Assembly: GCA_043826565.1 (NCBI GenBank)
Contig: JBDRPX010000033.1
Location: 21,268-85,267 of the forward strand
Direction of reading: 5' to 3'
Origin: Candidatus Omnitrophota bacterium
GTDB lineage: Bacteria > Omnitrophota > Gorgyraeia > B26-G9
DNA: 64,000 nt
Positions within the stretch are counted from its first letter, which is position 1. The number at the start of each line of letters is the position of its first letter. The position numbers and the translations under genes were made by a program. Positions 18,106 through 28,793 of this stretch are shown piece after piece. The notes beneath the pieces are model-generated. The model was not told the origin of the DNA and did not search any database. It was given only the letters and a program-made list of their open reading frames with translations.

Positions 18106-18999
18106 ATGAAGATAAATATCGCTAAATCCGCGGGTTTTTGTTTTGGAGTTAAGAACGCTCTAAAAATAGCTCTTAATGCCGCTTCTTCCGGCAAGCATAT
18201 TGATATGCTCGGAGATATTGTCCACAATGAAGCCGTGGTCAAAGATATCCGGAAAACCGGCATAAAAAAAATAGGCAAACTAGGCACGGGAAAAGGAAAA
18301 ACTCTGCTGATCCGCGCGCACGGCGCTGCGCTTAAAACACATCAAAAAGCTAAAGAACTCGGATATGCGATAATTGACGCGACTTGCCCCATGGTCAAAG
18401 AGATCCATAAGCTTGCCAAAGACGCGGAGAAAAAAGGTTATACGGTCATAATTATCGGGGATCAAAAACACGATGAAGTTAAAGGTATTATCGGCCAGCT
18501 TAAAACCAAGCCGATCCTTATCGACAAAATAGAAACTATCCCGGTGTCTAAAATAAAGCAGATCAAAAAAGCCGCGGTTGTTGTGCAGTCTACAAGAAAT
18601 TTAACTAAAACAATTCTTTTAGTCGAAGAAATAAAACAATACATAAAAACAGTTAAATTTTATAACACCATCTGCAACCCCACCCGGATCAAACAAAAAG
18701 AAATGCAGGCTATGCCGCTGGATAATGACCTGATGATCATTATCGGTTCCAAAACCAGCGCCAATACAAAACGTTTATATGAATTATCCAAAACATTAAA
18801 TGAAAAAAGTTATTGGATCCAGTCCAAAAAAGATCTTAAACCTTCCTGGTTTAAAGGCGTAAAAAAGGTCGGCGTTACTTCCGGCGCCTCCACTCCGGAT
18901 AAAACCACTAATGAAGTGGTTTTAGAAATCCAAAGGATTTCTAAACAGTCTCAAGCCACAAGTCTCAAGTCTCAAGCTAAAGACAGTAAAAAAAGGTAA
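18106..18999 (+). CDS. ispH: 4-hydroxy-3-methylbut-2-enyl diphosphate reductase (IspH/LytB)
   Basis: MKINIAKSAGFCFGVKNAL... with conserved Cys at positions ~12, ~94 and ~191. The C-terminal tail is encoded by a short-repeat tract. Confidence 0.9.
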   Translation: MKINIAKSAGFCFGVKNALKIALNAASSGKHIDMLGDIVHNEAVVKDIRKTGIKKIGKLGTGKGKTLLIRAHGAALKTHQKAKELGYAIIDATCPMVKEIHKLAKDAEKKGYTVIIIGDQKHDEVKGIIGQLKTKPILIDKIETIPVSKIKQIKKAAVVVQSTRNLTKTILLVEEIKQYIKTVKFYNTICNPTRIKQKEMQAMPLDNDLMIIIGSKTSANTKRLYELSKTLNEKSYWIQSKKDLKPSWFKGVKKVGVTSGASTPDKTTNEVVLEIQRISKQSQATSLKSQAKDSKKR

Positions 19000-19218
19000 A
19001 GAAAGTGTCAGCCATTCCAGAACAAGACAAATAATACAATTAAGATTAAATTGCTTGAGTTTTTTGCTTTTTTAATTCTTAATCCTTATCGCTTATTTTT
19101 TACGTCTTTTATGTCAAAACAGCCGCAGGCTGTACGTCGAGGCAAAGACGCACATCATTACGTTCTCCATTACTTCTTTTATTTTGAGTCTTGGGACTTG
19201 AGGCTTGAGACTTGTGAC

Positions 19219-20082
19219 TTATCTTTTGTATCTCGATGCCATATAAGAACTGCGCACATAGGGACTGCTTTCGGTATGCAGAAAACCGATTTGCTCAGCT
19301 TTATCTTTGTAGGTTTTAAAAACTTCCGGCCGGATGAATTCCTTGACCGGAAAATGTTTTGTACTCGGAGTCAAGTATTGCCCGATGCTCAGGAAATCAC
19401 AATTAACTTTTTTTAGATCATCTAATACATCCAGGACTTCCTGTTCTGTCTCCCCTATCCCGACCATCAGACCTGACTTCGTGTAAATATCAGGATTAAT
19501 CTTTTTAGCATTCTCTAAAACACTTAGGGAAAGGTCATAGTCCGCGCCATTACGCACATCCGGATATAACCGCGCTACAGTTTCCAGATTATGCGCGAAT
19601 ACTTCCGGCTCTGCCGAAAGTACTTTTTTGATCGAATCCGCATTTCCCTTAAAATCCGGCACCAGAACTTCTACCGCAATATCCCGGTCAATTAAGTGAA
19701 TAGCTCTAATCGTTTCGCTAAACACACTAGCTCCGCCGTCAGGTAAATCATCGCGGGTTACGCTGGTAATTACCACATGCTTTAATCCGAGTTTCTTGAC
19801 TGCCCGGGCTACTCTCTGCGGTTCCTCCGCGTCCAAACCTTCCGGAGTGCCTTTTTTAACATTACAAAACCTGCAATTACGTGTGCAGATATTACCCAAG
19901 ATCAAAAATGTGGCTATCCCTTCGGAGAAACATTCGGAAATATTCGGGCAGAGCGCTTCCCGGCAGATCGTATTTAAGTTCAATTCCTCAAAAAGTCCGT
20001 GCAGTTTCTGACAATCTTTTAAGTTTATTTTTTTATTAAGCCACTCCGGCTTTTTGCGTGTCTGCATAAAAATTCCAATCAC
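19219..20082 (-). CDS. lipA: Lipoyl synthase
   Basis: Radical SAM CxxxCxxC (CTRNCRFCNV) plus an N-terminal auxiliary Cys cluster (CPNISEC). Confidence 0.9.
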   Translation of the reverse strand: MIGIFMQTRKKPEWLNKKINLKDCQKLHGLFEELNLNTICREALCPNISECFSEGIATFLILGNICTRNCRFCNVKKGTPEGLDAEEPQRVARAVKKLGLKHVVITSVTRDDLPDGGASVFSETIRAIHLIDRDIAVEVLVPDFKGNADSIKKVLSAEPEVFAHNLETVARLYPDVRNGADYDLSLSVLENAKKINPDIYTKSGLMVGIGETEQEVLDVLDDLKKVNCDFLSIGQYLTPSTKHFPVKEFIRPEVFKTYKDKAEQIGFLHTESSPYVRSSYMASRYKR

Positions 20083-20872
20083 CGTTAGCGTATTTATTTT
20101 TCCTTAACTCGGCAGCTTTTTGTTTTTCTTCCGCGGTTAATTCTCCCAATGTAAGTTTCAGCCCGAACGTTTCCTGGAAAGAATCGATTAATACTGCGGA
20201 AAATCCGTCAAAATCAATTATCTTTCCGGCCGCGGAACTTAAAGAAACGATCCTTTCTTCTACACCGTCAAGCTCTTCCCGCAAAAACAGCGATACTCTG
20301 TTTAGATCAAGATGCAGCGGAATAGAACCATGTTGAAAAATTATATCTCTTCTTCTTTTTTGCGCGTTGCCGCCGATCTTTCTGCCGGCGATCGTGATAT
20401 CAAAGTCCTGATTTGTCGCGAAACAAAAATCCGAACGTTTCTTTTGCTTGATATCAAAATAATTTTCCCGCTCTTCATCCTCGACGGAAAAACAGGCGTC
20501 CAGACCATGTTTTTTATAAGCCCCTATCAGAAAAGACGCGATAAGCTTAAAACTCTCCTTAACCGATTCCGGCAGTCCCAGGTCATTTTTAGAGCAAATA
20601 ATGCTGTAAGTAAGATCACTCCCGTGATAGATCGCTTCTCCTCCGGTAATCCGGCGGACAAAAAGAACCCCGTGATTAAGACATTGATCGACTTTTAATA
20701 CTTTGTTTGCTTTTTGGAAATATCCTAAGGAAATGCTTTCCGGGCTCCAGCCGTAAATCCTTAAAGTAGGAGAAGATTGCCCCTGGCTATAGCTTTTCAA
20801 TATTGCTTCATCAATAGCCATATTCGTGTAAGGATCTTTACTGCGGGATAATAGTAAACGCCATTTAGTCAT
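20036..20872 (-). CDS. lipM: Octanoyltransferase / lipoate-protein ligase family (LipM-like)
   Basis: 278 aa with a BPL/LPL catalytic domain. It overlaps lipA and lies next to the gcv genes. Confidence 0.65.
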   Translation of the reverse strand: MTKWRLLLSRSKDPYTNMAIDEAILKSYSQGQSSPTLRIYGWSPESISLGYFQKANKVLKVDQCLNHGVLFVRRITGGEAIYHGSDLTYSIICSKNDLGLPESVKESFKLIASFLIGAYKKHGLDACFSVEDEERENYFDIKQKKRSDFCFATNQDFDITIAGRKIGGNAQKRRRDIIFQHGSIPLHLDLNRVSLFLREELDGVEERIVSLSSAAGKIIDFDGFSAVLIDSFQETFGLKLTLGELTAEEKQKAAELRKNKYANGDWNFYADTQKAGVA

Positions 20873-20938
20873 AATTTAATATAATTGCAAATTGCAGATT
20901 CCAGATTGCATATTAAAAATAAAATTTGTAATATGCGA

Positions 20939-22387
20939 TTATTTTTTCCACCTGAGATTGAGTTCCCGGGCGGCTTTGGTCTCGTCGAGCCTTTTTACCG
21001 GAGTGTTTATCGGAGCATCCCTCAGCTGCTGCGGATCTTCTTTAGCCAGCGTAGCTATTTCGATCATTATTTCAATGAAATTATCCAGGGTCTCCTTTGA
21101 TTCTGTTTCTGTCGGTTCGATCATCAGCGCTTCCTTGACGATCAGCGGAAAATAAACTGTCGGCGGATGAATTCCCTTATCAATTAATTTTTTGGCAATA
21201 TCCAGAGCGCTGACCCCATTTTCTTTTTGGTCAGAAGCGGAAAGCACAAATTCGTGCATACATATCTTATCATAAGGCAGTTTAAAATATTTCTTCAGTA
21301 AAACCCGGCAGTAATTCGCGCTTAAGACCGCGTTCTCGGAAACTTCGATTAATCCGGTTTTACCTAAAAGCATTATATAAGCAAAACTTTTAAGGATAAC
21401 GCTGAAATTTCCGTTAAAAGCCGCCATAAAACCTATTGATTTAGGCCGCTTATAATGTAATGCGTATGTCCCGTCAGCCCGCTTAACCACCCGCGGGATC
21501 GGCAAAAGATCTTTTAATTTATCACATACTCCCACCGGGCCCGCACCAGGCCCTCCGCCGCCATGCGGAGTAGCAAAGGTCTTATGAAGATTGACATGTA
21601 CAATATCAAAACCAATATCCCCGGGCCGGGCTTTGCCCATAATCGCATTAAGATTAGCTCCGTCATAATAGACTAATGCTCCCACTTTATGCGCCGCGTC
21701 ACAAATCTCTTTTATATGCGGATTAAAAAGTCCCAATGTATTCGGACAGGTCAGCATTACCGCGGCGATATTCTCATCCAGTTTTTCCTTAAATAAAGTC
21801 AGATCCATATATCCTTCTTTATCCGTAGGGATAACAATAACCTCAAATCCGGCGATGGCCGCGCTGGCCGGATTAGTTCCGTGTGAAGAATCAGGAACAA
21901 TAACAAATTTACGTTTTTCTCCCTTATGGCGGTGATAGGCGGCAATAATCATTGCTCCGGTAAGCTCGCCGTGCGCTCCGGCCAAAGGCTGCATCGTGAA
22001 AGCATCCATTCCGGTGATCTCACAAAGCAGGAGTTCTGTTTTATACACAACTTCCAAGGAACCTTGTGCCAGCATCCCTCCCCCGATCAACTGGGGAAGC
22101 AAGGGATGCATATTTAAAAATCCCTCCAGCTTGGCGATCTTTTCCGTAAACTTAGGATTATATTTCATGGTACAGGAACCCAGCGGATAAAAATTTGTAT
22201 CCACGGAAAAATTCAGCTTAGAAAGGTTGGAATAATGACGGACCACATCCAATTCCGAAACTTCCGGAAGTTCCGCATCATATTTTCGGGCATAGTCCTT
22301 GGGAAATTTTGCATAATCCTGGGGACACCCTTTAGGCATTTTAACACCTTTACGCCCTTTAACACTTTTCTCAAATATTAATCGCAT
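20939..22387 (-). CDS. gcvPB: Glycine dehydrogenase (decarboxylating) subunit 2
   Basis: PLP-dependent P-protein C-terminal half, 482 aa. It is overlap-coupled to gcvPA. Confidence 0.9.
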   Translation of the reverse strand: MRLIFEKSVKGRKGVKMPKGCPQDYAKFPKDYARKYDAELPEVSELDVVRHYSNLSKLNFSVDTNFYPLGSCTMKYNPKFTEKIAKLEGFLNMHPLLPQLIGGGMLAQGSLEVVYKTELLLCEITGMDAFTMQPLAGAHGELTGAMIIAAYHRHKGEKRKFVIVPDSSHGTNPASAAIAGFEVIVIPTDKEGYMDLTLFKEKLDENIAAVMLTCPNTLGLFNPHIKEICDAAHKVGALVYYDGANLNAIMGKARPGDIGFDIVHVNLHKTFATPHGGGGPGAGPVGVCDKLKDLLPIPRVVKRADGTYALHYKRPKSIGFMAAFNGNFSVILKSFAYIMLLGKTGLIEVSENAVLSANYCRVLLKKYFKLPYDKICMHEFVLSASDQKENGVSALDIAKKLIDKGIHPPTVYFPLIVKEALMIEPTETESKETLDNFIEIMIEIATLAKEDPQQLRDAPINTPVKRLDETKAARELNLRWKK

Positions 22388-23715
22388 AGAACCGCCTCTA
22401 AGCTTTGCGCGAATTTCATTATTTCTTCTTTTGTTCGCTTTTCCGTAACCGTAACCAAAAGGTAATTATCCATTCCCTTATAAAATCTCCCCAAAGGAAA
22501 GCCGCAGGCAAAACCTTTATCAACCATCCGGCTGACCACTTCATTAGCATCTTTTGTCAAAAGAACCGTAAATTCATTAAAAGTAGGAGAACTTCTTTTA
22601 ACCGTAACTCCGGGGATCTTATCCAAAACTTCTTTGGTAAACTCACTGGTCTGATAAATCGTCGTGGCCAATTTTTTAAGCCCTTGCTTACCCAAAAGAG
22701 ATATATAAATCACCGCGCGCAAGGCGCACAAAGCTTCATTAGAACAAATATTTGAAGTCGCCTTCTCTCTCCGGATATGCTGCTCCCGGGTTTGCAAAGT
22801 AAGCACAAATCCGCTTTTTCCGTCTTTATCTTCAGTTTTGCCGACAATCCTTCCCGGTATCTTTCGCACATATTTCTGATTAGCAGCCATGAATCCCAGA
22901 TAAGGCCCTCCGGAAGAAAGCGGCAGCCCCAGGCTTTGTCCTTCTCCGGTAGCAATATCAATCCCCATTTCTCCGGGAGTTTTTAATAATCCCAAGGCAA
23001 TCGGATAAACTGATTGCACAACCAAAGCTCCGCACTCATGCGCTTTTTTTACAATATCAGTAAAGTCATCGATAACTCCGAAAAAATTCGGATTTTGCAC
23101 AACGATTGCCGCTGTCTTATCATCCAGATATTTATAAATCTCTTCCCGGGAACTCTGTCCATGCTCAACCGGAGTTTCCACAAATTCAACATCAAGATTC
23201 TTCGTATAAGAATAAAGCATGCTTCGATATAAAAGATTTACTCCGCTGTCTACAATTATCTTGCGTCTGCCGGTTGCCCGTACCGCGATCATTGCCGCCT
23301 CATAAAGCGCTGTCCCGCCGTCATACATGGAAGCATTGGCAACATCTAAGCCCGTAAGTTCACATAAAACACTCTGATATTCATAGACTGATTGCAGCCA
23401 GCCCTGAGAACATTCCGGCTGATAGGGAGTATACGCGGTATAGAACTCGGCCCGGTCCACTAATGCATCAACCGCTGCCGGAATATAATGATCGTAAAAA
23501 CCGCCGCCCAGAAAACAACTAAGTTCTGTAGCATTCTTAGAAGCAATTTTCTTAAACTGCTCAATTACTTCAAACTCGGATTTTCCTTCCGGGATATTAA
23601 AAGATTTCGCTCTTAACTCCGGGGTGATATCTTTGAAAAGCCCTTCTATATCGGAAACACCGATAGTCTTGAGCATTACGCTTAATTGTTCCTGCGTATG
23701 AGGGACATAGCTCAT
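22378..23715 (-). CDS. gcvPA: Glycine dehydrogenase (decarboxylating) subunit 1
   Basis: 445 aa P-protein N-terminal half. Confidence 0.9.
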   Translation of the reverse strand: MSYVPHTQEQLSVMLKTIGVSDIEGLFKDITPELRAKSFNIPEGKSEFEVIEQFKKIASKNATELSCFLGGGFYDHYIPAAVDALVDRAEFYTAYTPYQPECSQGWLQSVYEYQSVLCELTGLDVANASMYDGGTALYEAAMIAVRATGRRKIIVDSGVNLLYRSMLYSYTKNLDVEFVETPVEHGQSSREEIYKYLDDKTAAIVVQNPNFFGVIDDFTDIVKKAHECGALVVQSVYPIALGLLKTPGEMGIDIATGEGQSLGLPLSSGGPYLGFMAANQKYVRKIPGRIVGKTEDKDGKSGFVLTLQTREQHIRREKATSNICSNEALCALRAVIYISLLGKQGLKKLATTIYQTSEFTKEVLDKIPGVTVKRSSPTFNEFTVLLTKDANEVVSRMVDKGFACGFPLGRFYKGMDNYLLVTVTEKRTKEEIMKFAQSLEAVLCD

Positions 23716-24116
23716 GCCGCGCTCTCCTTTAAATATTCCTGATACTTCGTCAGATTCATGAGATTATCTTTTTCACCTTCATCAGAGAGTTCAATTACGA
23801 CAAACCATCCTTTTTCATAGGGGTCCTGGTTAATCATTTCCGGAGAGTTTTGGACATCATCATTTACCTTAACTATTTTTCCGGACATCGGCGCATAAAC
23901 ATCAGAGGCCGCTTTAACCGATTCAACTGTGGCAAACTGCTCAAACTGTTTACAAATATCTCCGACTTTAGGCAGTTCGATAAATGTAATATCTCCGAGT
24001 GAAGATTGAGCATAATCATCAATACCCATGGTCGCGCGTTTACCTTCGATCTTTACCCATTCATGTTCTTTTGTATACAATAAATTTTCCGGTATGTTCA
24101 TTATTTCTTCCTCCAA
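23712..24116 (-). CDS. gcvH: Glycine cleavage system H protein (lipoyl carrier)
   Basis: 134 aa with the lipoyl-lysine motif (ESVKAASD). Confidence 0.9.
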   Translation of the reverse strand: MEEEIMNIPENLLYTKEHEWVKIEGKRATMGIDDYAQSSLGDITFIELPKVGDICKQFEQFATVESVKAASDVYAPMSGKIVKVNDDVQNSPEMINQDPYEKGWFVVIELSDEGEKDNLMNLTKYQEYLKESAA

Positions 24117-24167
24117 TATTCAATTTTCCTATTATTTGCAATATGCAATTTGTAATCTGCAATATTT

Positions 24168-25256
24168 TTATGCGCGCGCCGTTCCTTGTTTATAAAAAGG
24201 CCGGTCAACTATCTTGGCGTTAAGTGTTATCGGGCCTTCTTTTAAAATAATCTCATTCCCGATCCGGCTATATTCTTTTTGCACATATCCCATGCCGATG
24301 CCGCAGGAAAGGCTCGGAGAAAACGACCCGCTGGTTACAATTCCTATTTTTTCCTCACCCTTATATATATTATAATCATGCCGGGGAGCACGGCGTGATT
24401 CCGTAATAAAACAGCATAATTTTTTTTCGCTATCCGGATCAATCTTTTCCATAAGCCGGCCTTTTCCGATAAAATCCTTACTAAGATCAATGAATTTCTC
24501 AAGTCCCGCATCCAGAGGATTAGTTTGCTTATTAATATCCTGTCCATATAAAGGATAGCTCATCTCCAGACGAAGCGTATCCCGCGCTCCTAATCCGGCG
24601 GGTTTAACTCTCCCGTCCTGTAAAAGCATTTCCCATAATTGAACTACTTTTTCATTGGAAATATACAATTCATATCCGAGTTCTCCGGTATATCCGGTCC
24701 GGCTGATAATTATTTCCTCTCCCAGTACAGAAAATTTCCCAAACGAATAGTATTTTAGAGAAGCGATCCCATCCCCGGCAATAGCCGATAATACATCCCG
24801 GGAACACGGCCCCTGCAGATCAAGCTTTGCCAACTTAGGGGAAAGGTTCTCAATTTCAAACTTCTCCGGGATATTCATCCTCAAATGTAAAAGGTCAGTA
24901 TCTGTTGTTGCCGCATTCACAACCAGCATATATTTGTCCGGCTCAATCTTATAAATAATCACATCATCCATAATCCCGCCATTTTCATCAAGAATAAACC
25001 CGTAACGGCAGCTGCTGCATTCGATTTTCTTGATATTAAGCGTAATTATTTTTTCCAGATTATTTTCATCGGGATTCCCATGGATAATAAATTCACCCAT
25101 ATGGCAAATGTCAAACAGTGAACAGGAACTGCGCGTCCAATTATGCTCGGCGATTATTCCGGTGTATTGGATCGGCATAAGCCACCCCCCAAAAGGCGCA
25201 AGTTTTGCGCCTAACTCTTTATGCTCTTCAATTAAAGGGGTATTTTTCCAACTCAT
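24168..25256 (-). CDS. gcvT: Aminomethyltransferase (glycine cleavage T protein)
   Basis: 362 aa GcvT fold. It is the first gene of the gcvTH-PA-PB-lipM-lipA operon. Confidence 0.9.
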   Translation of the reverse strand: MSWKNTPLIEEHKELGAKLAPFGGWLMPIQYTGIIAEHNWTRSSCSLFDICHMGEFIIHGNPDENNLEKIITLNIKKIECSSCRYGFILDENGGIMDDVIIYKIEPDKYMLVVNAATTDTDLLHLRMNIPEKFEIENLSPKLAKLDLQGPCSRDVLSAIAGDGIASLKYYSFGKFSVLGEEIIISRTGYTGELGYELYISNEKVVQLWEMLLQDGRVKPAGLGARDTLRLEMSYPLYGQDINKQTNPLDAGLEKFIDLSKDFIGKGRLMEKIDPDSEKKLCCFITESRRAPRHDYNIYKGEEKIGIVTSGSFSPSLSCGIGMGYVQKEYSRIGNEIILKEGPITLNAKIVDRPFYKQGTARA

Positions 25257-25401
25257 TTAAAAAAGTTTTCCTAATTTCCTGGTTTTATCAGACGGATGTT
25301 TAGTTTATCATAATCAGCTGTCTATTTCAAGCGTTTTCCGCAGTCTCACGAATCATCATATTTGTTTATAACTTACTATAAATACATTAGTTAGGCTTAT
25401 T

Positions 25402-27030
25402 TTATTCCTGATTTTTAAGCATCTTTTTTGCCTTTATAATATTTATTTCAGCCGGAACATAATCCGGGTCATATTCTATTATTTTCTTCCACACTTCAAT
25501 AGCCTGGACCAATTCTCCCTTTTTTGCATAAGTAATCCCCAGGTTATTATAGGCCTTTACATATCCGGGTAAAACCTCGATTGCTTTTTTTAAAGCTTCA
25601 ATTGATTTGTCATACTCTTTATTGGTCCCATAAAGAACACCGATAAGACATAAAGCTTCCGGATAATCCGGATTAATCTTCAGCGTTTCTTTAGCCTGCT
25701 CCATAGCCTTATCATATTGACCATCCCGGTAATACGCCAGGGCCAGATTACAATTTGTTCTGTCGATATTCCACTGGCCGGAATATTCTATGGTTTTCTT
25801 GTAAAATTCTATCTCATTACTCCAATCGGAATTTCTCCGTATTGTAGCAATAGAAAGGGATAAAAGAAACGCGGTCAGCAAAAGAACAGCCCCGCCTCTA
25901 AAAACATACCTTTTGGATTTAATCGACTTATCTATAAAAAAAGCAATAATAACAAAAAAGCCGACCGAAGGCAGATACAGCCAGTGCTCGGCCTGGGCAG
26001 CGTTTACCGGAATAATATTTAATGTCGGGAATAATAAAAGAAAAAACCACAATGTGAAGAAAAACAAAAGTTTTGAATATTGTCTAAGAGCCGCTACGGC
26101 CGCACCAATAACACAAAGTATTAGTCCCGGGATAATAACTTCAACGCAGAGGAATGATTCTACCCAAGGCACATAGCGGTCTATATGTAACTTCACCGGA
26201 AAAATAAGTAACCATATATATGATATAATTATCTTAGGAACAGTAAGCAGTCTCAAAGATAAACCCTCACCATGTGTTGATGCATCCGGACCGGTGAACC
26301 ACAAAAAAGACAATCTTAAATATAAATACCCCCCCAAAAACAGGAAAAACAAAAAATACCCGGGGAATCTTCTTGTTTCTTTTTTTTCCTGCGGAAAACA
26401 GTATTCATATAACATTAACAAAAACGGAAAGATCAGTGATATTTCTTTCGACAACAAGGCACACACAAAACAGACAATCGAGATAACATTAAAAAATGTC
26501 TTTTCTTTACTCCTCTCACGTATATCCCGGGACCGGATATACGCGATCAACCCGGTAAGCATAAAAAACGCCGCCATCGGATCAGCCCGGCCGGAGATAT
26601 AAGTCACGGCCTGAGTATGGATAGGATGCACAGCAAATAATAGTCCGGTCATAAAAGACAGTTTTTTGTTTTTTGACATCATCCATATCAACATATAAAC
26701 CAATATCGAGTTAAAAAGATGTAATAACATATTGGTTAAATGATAGCCAAAAGCATTATATTGCCAAAAAGAATAATCAAGCATATAGGAAAGAACCTGC
26801 AGCGGGCGATAAAAATTAGTTATCTGCGGAGAAAAATGAAATAAATCCGTAGTGAAAACATGTAAAATGGAATTCCACTGGGTGATAAAGACGTTTTCAA
26901 TTATATGGGGGTAATCATCCAGGATAAATCCATTCCCCAGGGAATTAGAATAAACAAGCATGACCGCAGCAACTATCAATAAGATAAATTTCAAATGCTG
27001 CCGGGTTATTTCTGCAGAGTGAAAAGACAT
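25402..27030 (-). CDS. Polytopic membrane protein with C-terminal TPR repeats (PMT-like glycosyltransferase-type N-domain)
   Basis: About 11 predicted TM segments, then TPR repeats (AYYRDGQYDKAMEQAKETLKINPDYPEAL...). Confidence 0.45.
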   Translation of the reverse strand: MSFHSAEITRQHLKFILLIVAAVMLVYSNSLGNGFILDDYPHIIENVFITQWNSILHVFTTDLFHFSPQITNFYRPLQVLSYMLDYSFWQYNAFGYHLTNMLLHLFNSILVYMLIWMMSKNKKLSFMTGLLFAVHPIHTQAVTYISGRADPMAAFFMLTGLIAYIRSRDIRERSKEKTFFNVISIVCFVCALLSKEISLIFPFLLMLYEYCFPQEKKETRRFPGYFLFFLFLGGYLYLRLSFLWFTGPDASTHGEGLSLRLLTVPKIIISYIWLLIFPVKLHIDRYVPWVESFLCVEVIIPGLILCVIGAAVAALRQYSKLLFFFTLWFFLLLFPTLNIIPVNAAQAEHWLYLPSVGFFVIIAFFIDKSIKSKRYVFRGGAVLLLTAFLLSLSIATIRRNSDWSNEIEFYKKTIEYSGQWNIDRTNCNLALAYYRDGQYDKAMEQAKETLKINPDYPEALCLIGVLYGTNKEYDKSIEALKKAIEVLPGYVKAYNNLGITYAKKGELVQAIEVWKKIIEYDPDYVPAEINIIKAKKMLKNQE

Positions 27031-27046
27031 TATTCAAATCCGGGGG

Positions 27047-27514
27047 TTAAGAAGATAATTTATTTTTAACCAATTCACTTGTTTTCTTAGCATCAGCTCT
27101 TACTCCCACTTTTGCCAAGACCTCTTTCATTACTTTTCCCATATCCTTTATAGATACGGCCCCAACATCAGTAACCGCCTGATTTATAACCGCCAGCAGT
27201 TCATCATCGGCTAAAGGCTGTGGAAGATATTCATCAAGCATCGTTATTTCTTTTTTCGCCTGAGCAGAAAGCTCCGGCTTGCCTCCGGCAGTACTTTCTA
27301 CTGTCTCTTGCAGCTGTTTCTTTTGCTTTTTAAGCGCGGACAAGACATCTTCATCGGCAAGCTTTTCTTTTTTATTATTAATCGCTATATTTTTCAGATC
27401 AGCCCGGACAAAACTCAAAAATCCGGACTTTTCCTTATCCCGGCTTTTAAGCGCTTTCACATAGTCATTATAAATTTTTTCTTCCAGCATAGTTTTTGTA
27501 TTATAACACATCAT
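27047..27514 (-). CDS. GatB/YqeY domain protein
   Basis: 155 aa typical of the YqeY family (MLEEKIYNDYVKALKSRDKEKSGFLSFVRADLKN). Confidence 0.7.
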   Translation of the reverse strand: MMCYNTKTMLEEKIYNDYVKALKSRDKEKSGFLSFVRADLKNIAINNKKEKLADEDVLSALKKQKKQLQETVESTAGGKPELSAQAKKEITMLDEYLPQPLADDELLAVINQAVTDVGAVSIKDMGKVMKEVLAKVGVRADAKKTSELVKNKLSS

Positions 27515-27542
27515 TTAAACAGACTCAATAAATCTTACATAC

Positions 27543-28328
27543 CTATACAGAATCTTTTTTACTCTTTATCTCCAGGATTTTCTTTTCCTTTGCGCTAAGA
27601 CTATCCATTCCCTCTCGGGATATCTTATCCAGAATATTGTCCACCTGGTGATCAAGATCAGCAATTTCCCGCTGCTTTTTTATCCCGAAAGGACTAAATG
27701 CCGCCATTTTAAATTTCAAAGCTTCGCTTTTTAAATACAAATATCCCAATACCCCTCCCCCAAGATGCGCGATATAGGCAATTCCACTGCCCGAAGAGGA
27801 TAATGCTCCCAAGAGATTAATCACCGCTAATACTATTGCAGCATGCTTCATCTTCATCGGGAAAATAAAAAACAGCAGAATAATATTATCCGGAAACATT
27901 AATGCATAGGCCACAAGCAATCCGAAAATTGCTCCGGAAGCACCAACTATCGGATACGGAGACCCAAACGAAAATAATACACTGCATAAACCTGCTCCGA
28001 TACCGGTAAAGAAATAATATTGTAAAAAACGCTTACTGCCCCAAATATTTTCGATTACCGAACCGAACATCCATAACATGAGCATATTCAGCACAAGATG
28101 CCATAATCCCGCATGAATAAACAAATAGGTTACCAGCTGCCAGATCCTAAATTTAAAAAAAACAGCGGAAGGAATTAATCCAAACAAAGCAATCCAATTA
28201 GTACTATTAAAAAGACTAAGCAATACAAAAATTACAACATTCACAACCACCAGAACTTTAACCGTCCCGTAAAAACCCGGCACGATATTAAAGCCGGAAT
28301 ATGAACTTCTCTGCCCAAAGATATTCAT
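27543..28328 (-). CDS. Rhomboid-family intramembrane serine protease
   Basis: Catalytic GASGAIFGL (GxSG) and a downstream AHLGG His in TM helices. Confidence 0.75.
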   Translation of the reverse strand: MNIFGQRSSYSGFNIVPGFYGTVKVLVVVNVVIFVLLSLFNSTNWIALFGLIPSAVFFKFRIWQLVTYLFIHAGLWHLVLNMLMLWMFGSVIENIWGSKRFLQYYFFTGIGAGLCSVLFSFGSPYPIVGASGAIFGLLVAYALMFPDNIILLFFIFPMKMKHAAIVLAVINLLGALSSSGSGIAYIAHLGGGVLGYLYLKSEALKFKMAAFSPFGIKKQREIADLDHQVDNILDKISREGMDSLSAKEKKILEIKSKKDSV

Positions 28329-28331
28329 CGT

Positions 28332-28727
28332 TTATGCCCCTGAGATTAACTTCCTGATAGAATCCGGCGCTGCCTTTGGTTTAAATTCCTTATTTATACA
28401 AGCCCAGGTAACTTTTGCCTGCACGAGTAATTGTTCATTCCGCTTAATTGTTTGCACAAAAATAACTGAGGACCGGCCGACTTTTTCCAGCTTTGTATGT
28501 ACGCGGATAGTGTCCTGATAACGCGCCGGAGACTTATAACTGACCTCAATATTAACAATCGCGAATAAAGTCCCTTCGTCCATGAGCTTTTTCATGTCCA
28601 CGCCGTGATGTTTGCAAAATTCCGTGCGGGATTCTTCCATATATTTCAGATAATTAGCATAATACACTACTCCGCCGCAATCTGTATCATGATAGTAAAT
28701 GTTTTTTTCTATATAAAATTCTGCCAT
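28332..28727 (-). CDS. Acyl-CoA thioesterase, YbgC/4HBT (hotdog) family
   Basis: YHDTDCGGVVYYANYLKYME motif; 131 aa. Confidence 0.7.
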   Translation of the reverse strand: MAEFYIEKNIYYHDTDCGGVVYYANYLKYMEESRTEFCKHHGVDMKKLMDEGTLFAIVNIEVSYKSPARYQDTIRVHTKLEKVGRSSVIFVQTIKRNEQLLVQAKVTWACINKEFKPKAAPDSIRKLISGA

Positions 28728-28793
28728 TAAATTCTCCTTGCTAATCTTTTTCCCCTCACCCGTTCACCCTGCACCCTTTTTTGCCCCTTGACC

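Noticed and set aside
25257-25401. Possible glycine riboswitch in the gcvT 5' leader
   Set aside because: I reverse-complemented and read the 145-nt leader. It has no GGAGAG...ACCGAAGGGGCAA-type aptamer core, and it is too short for tandem aptamers. I make no riboswitch call.
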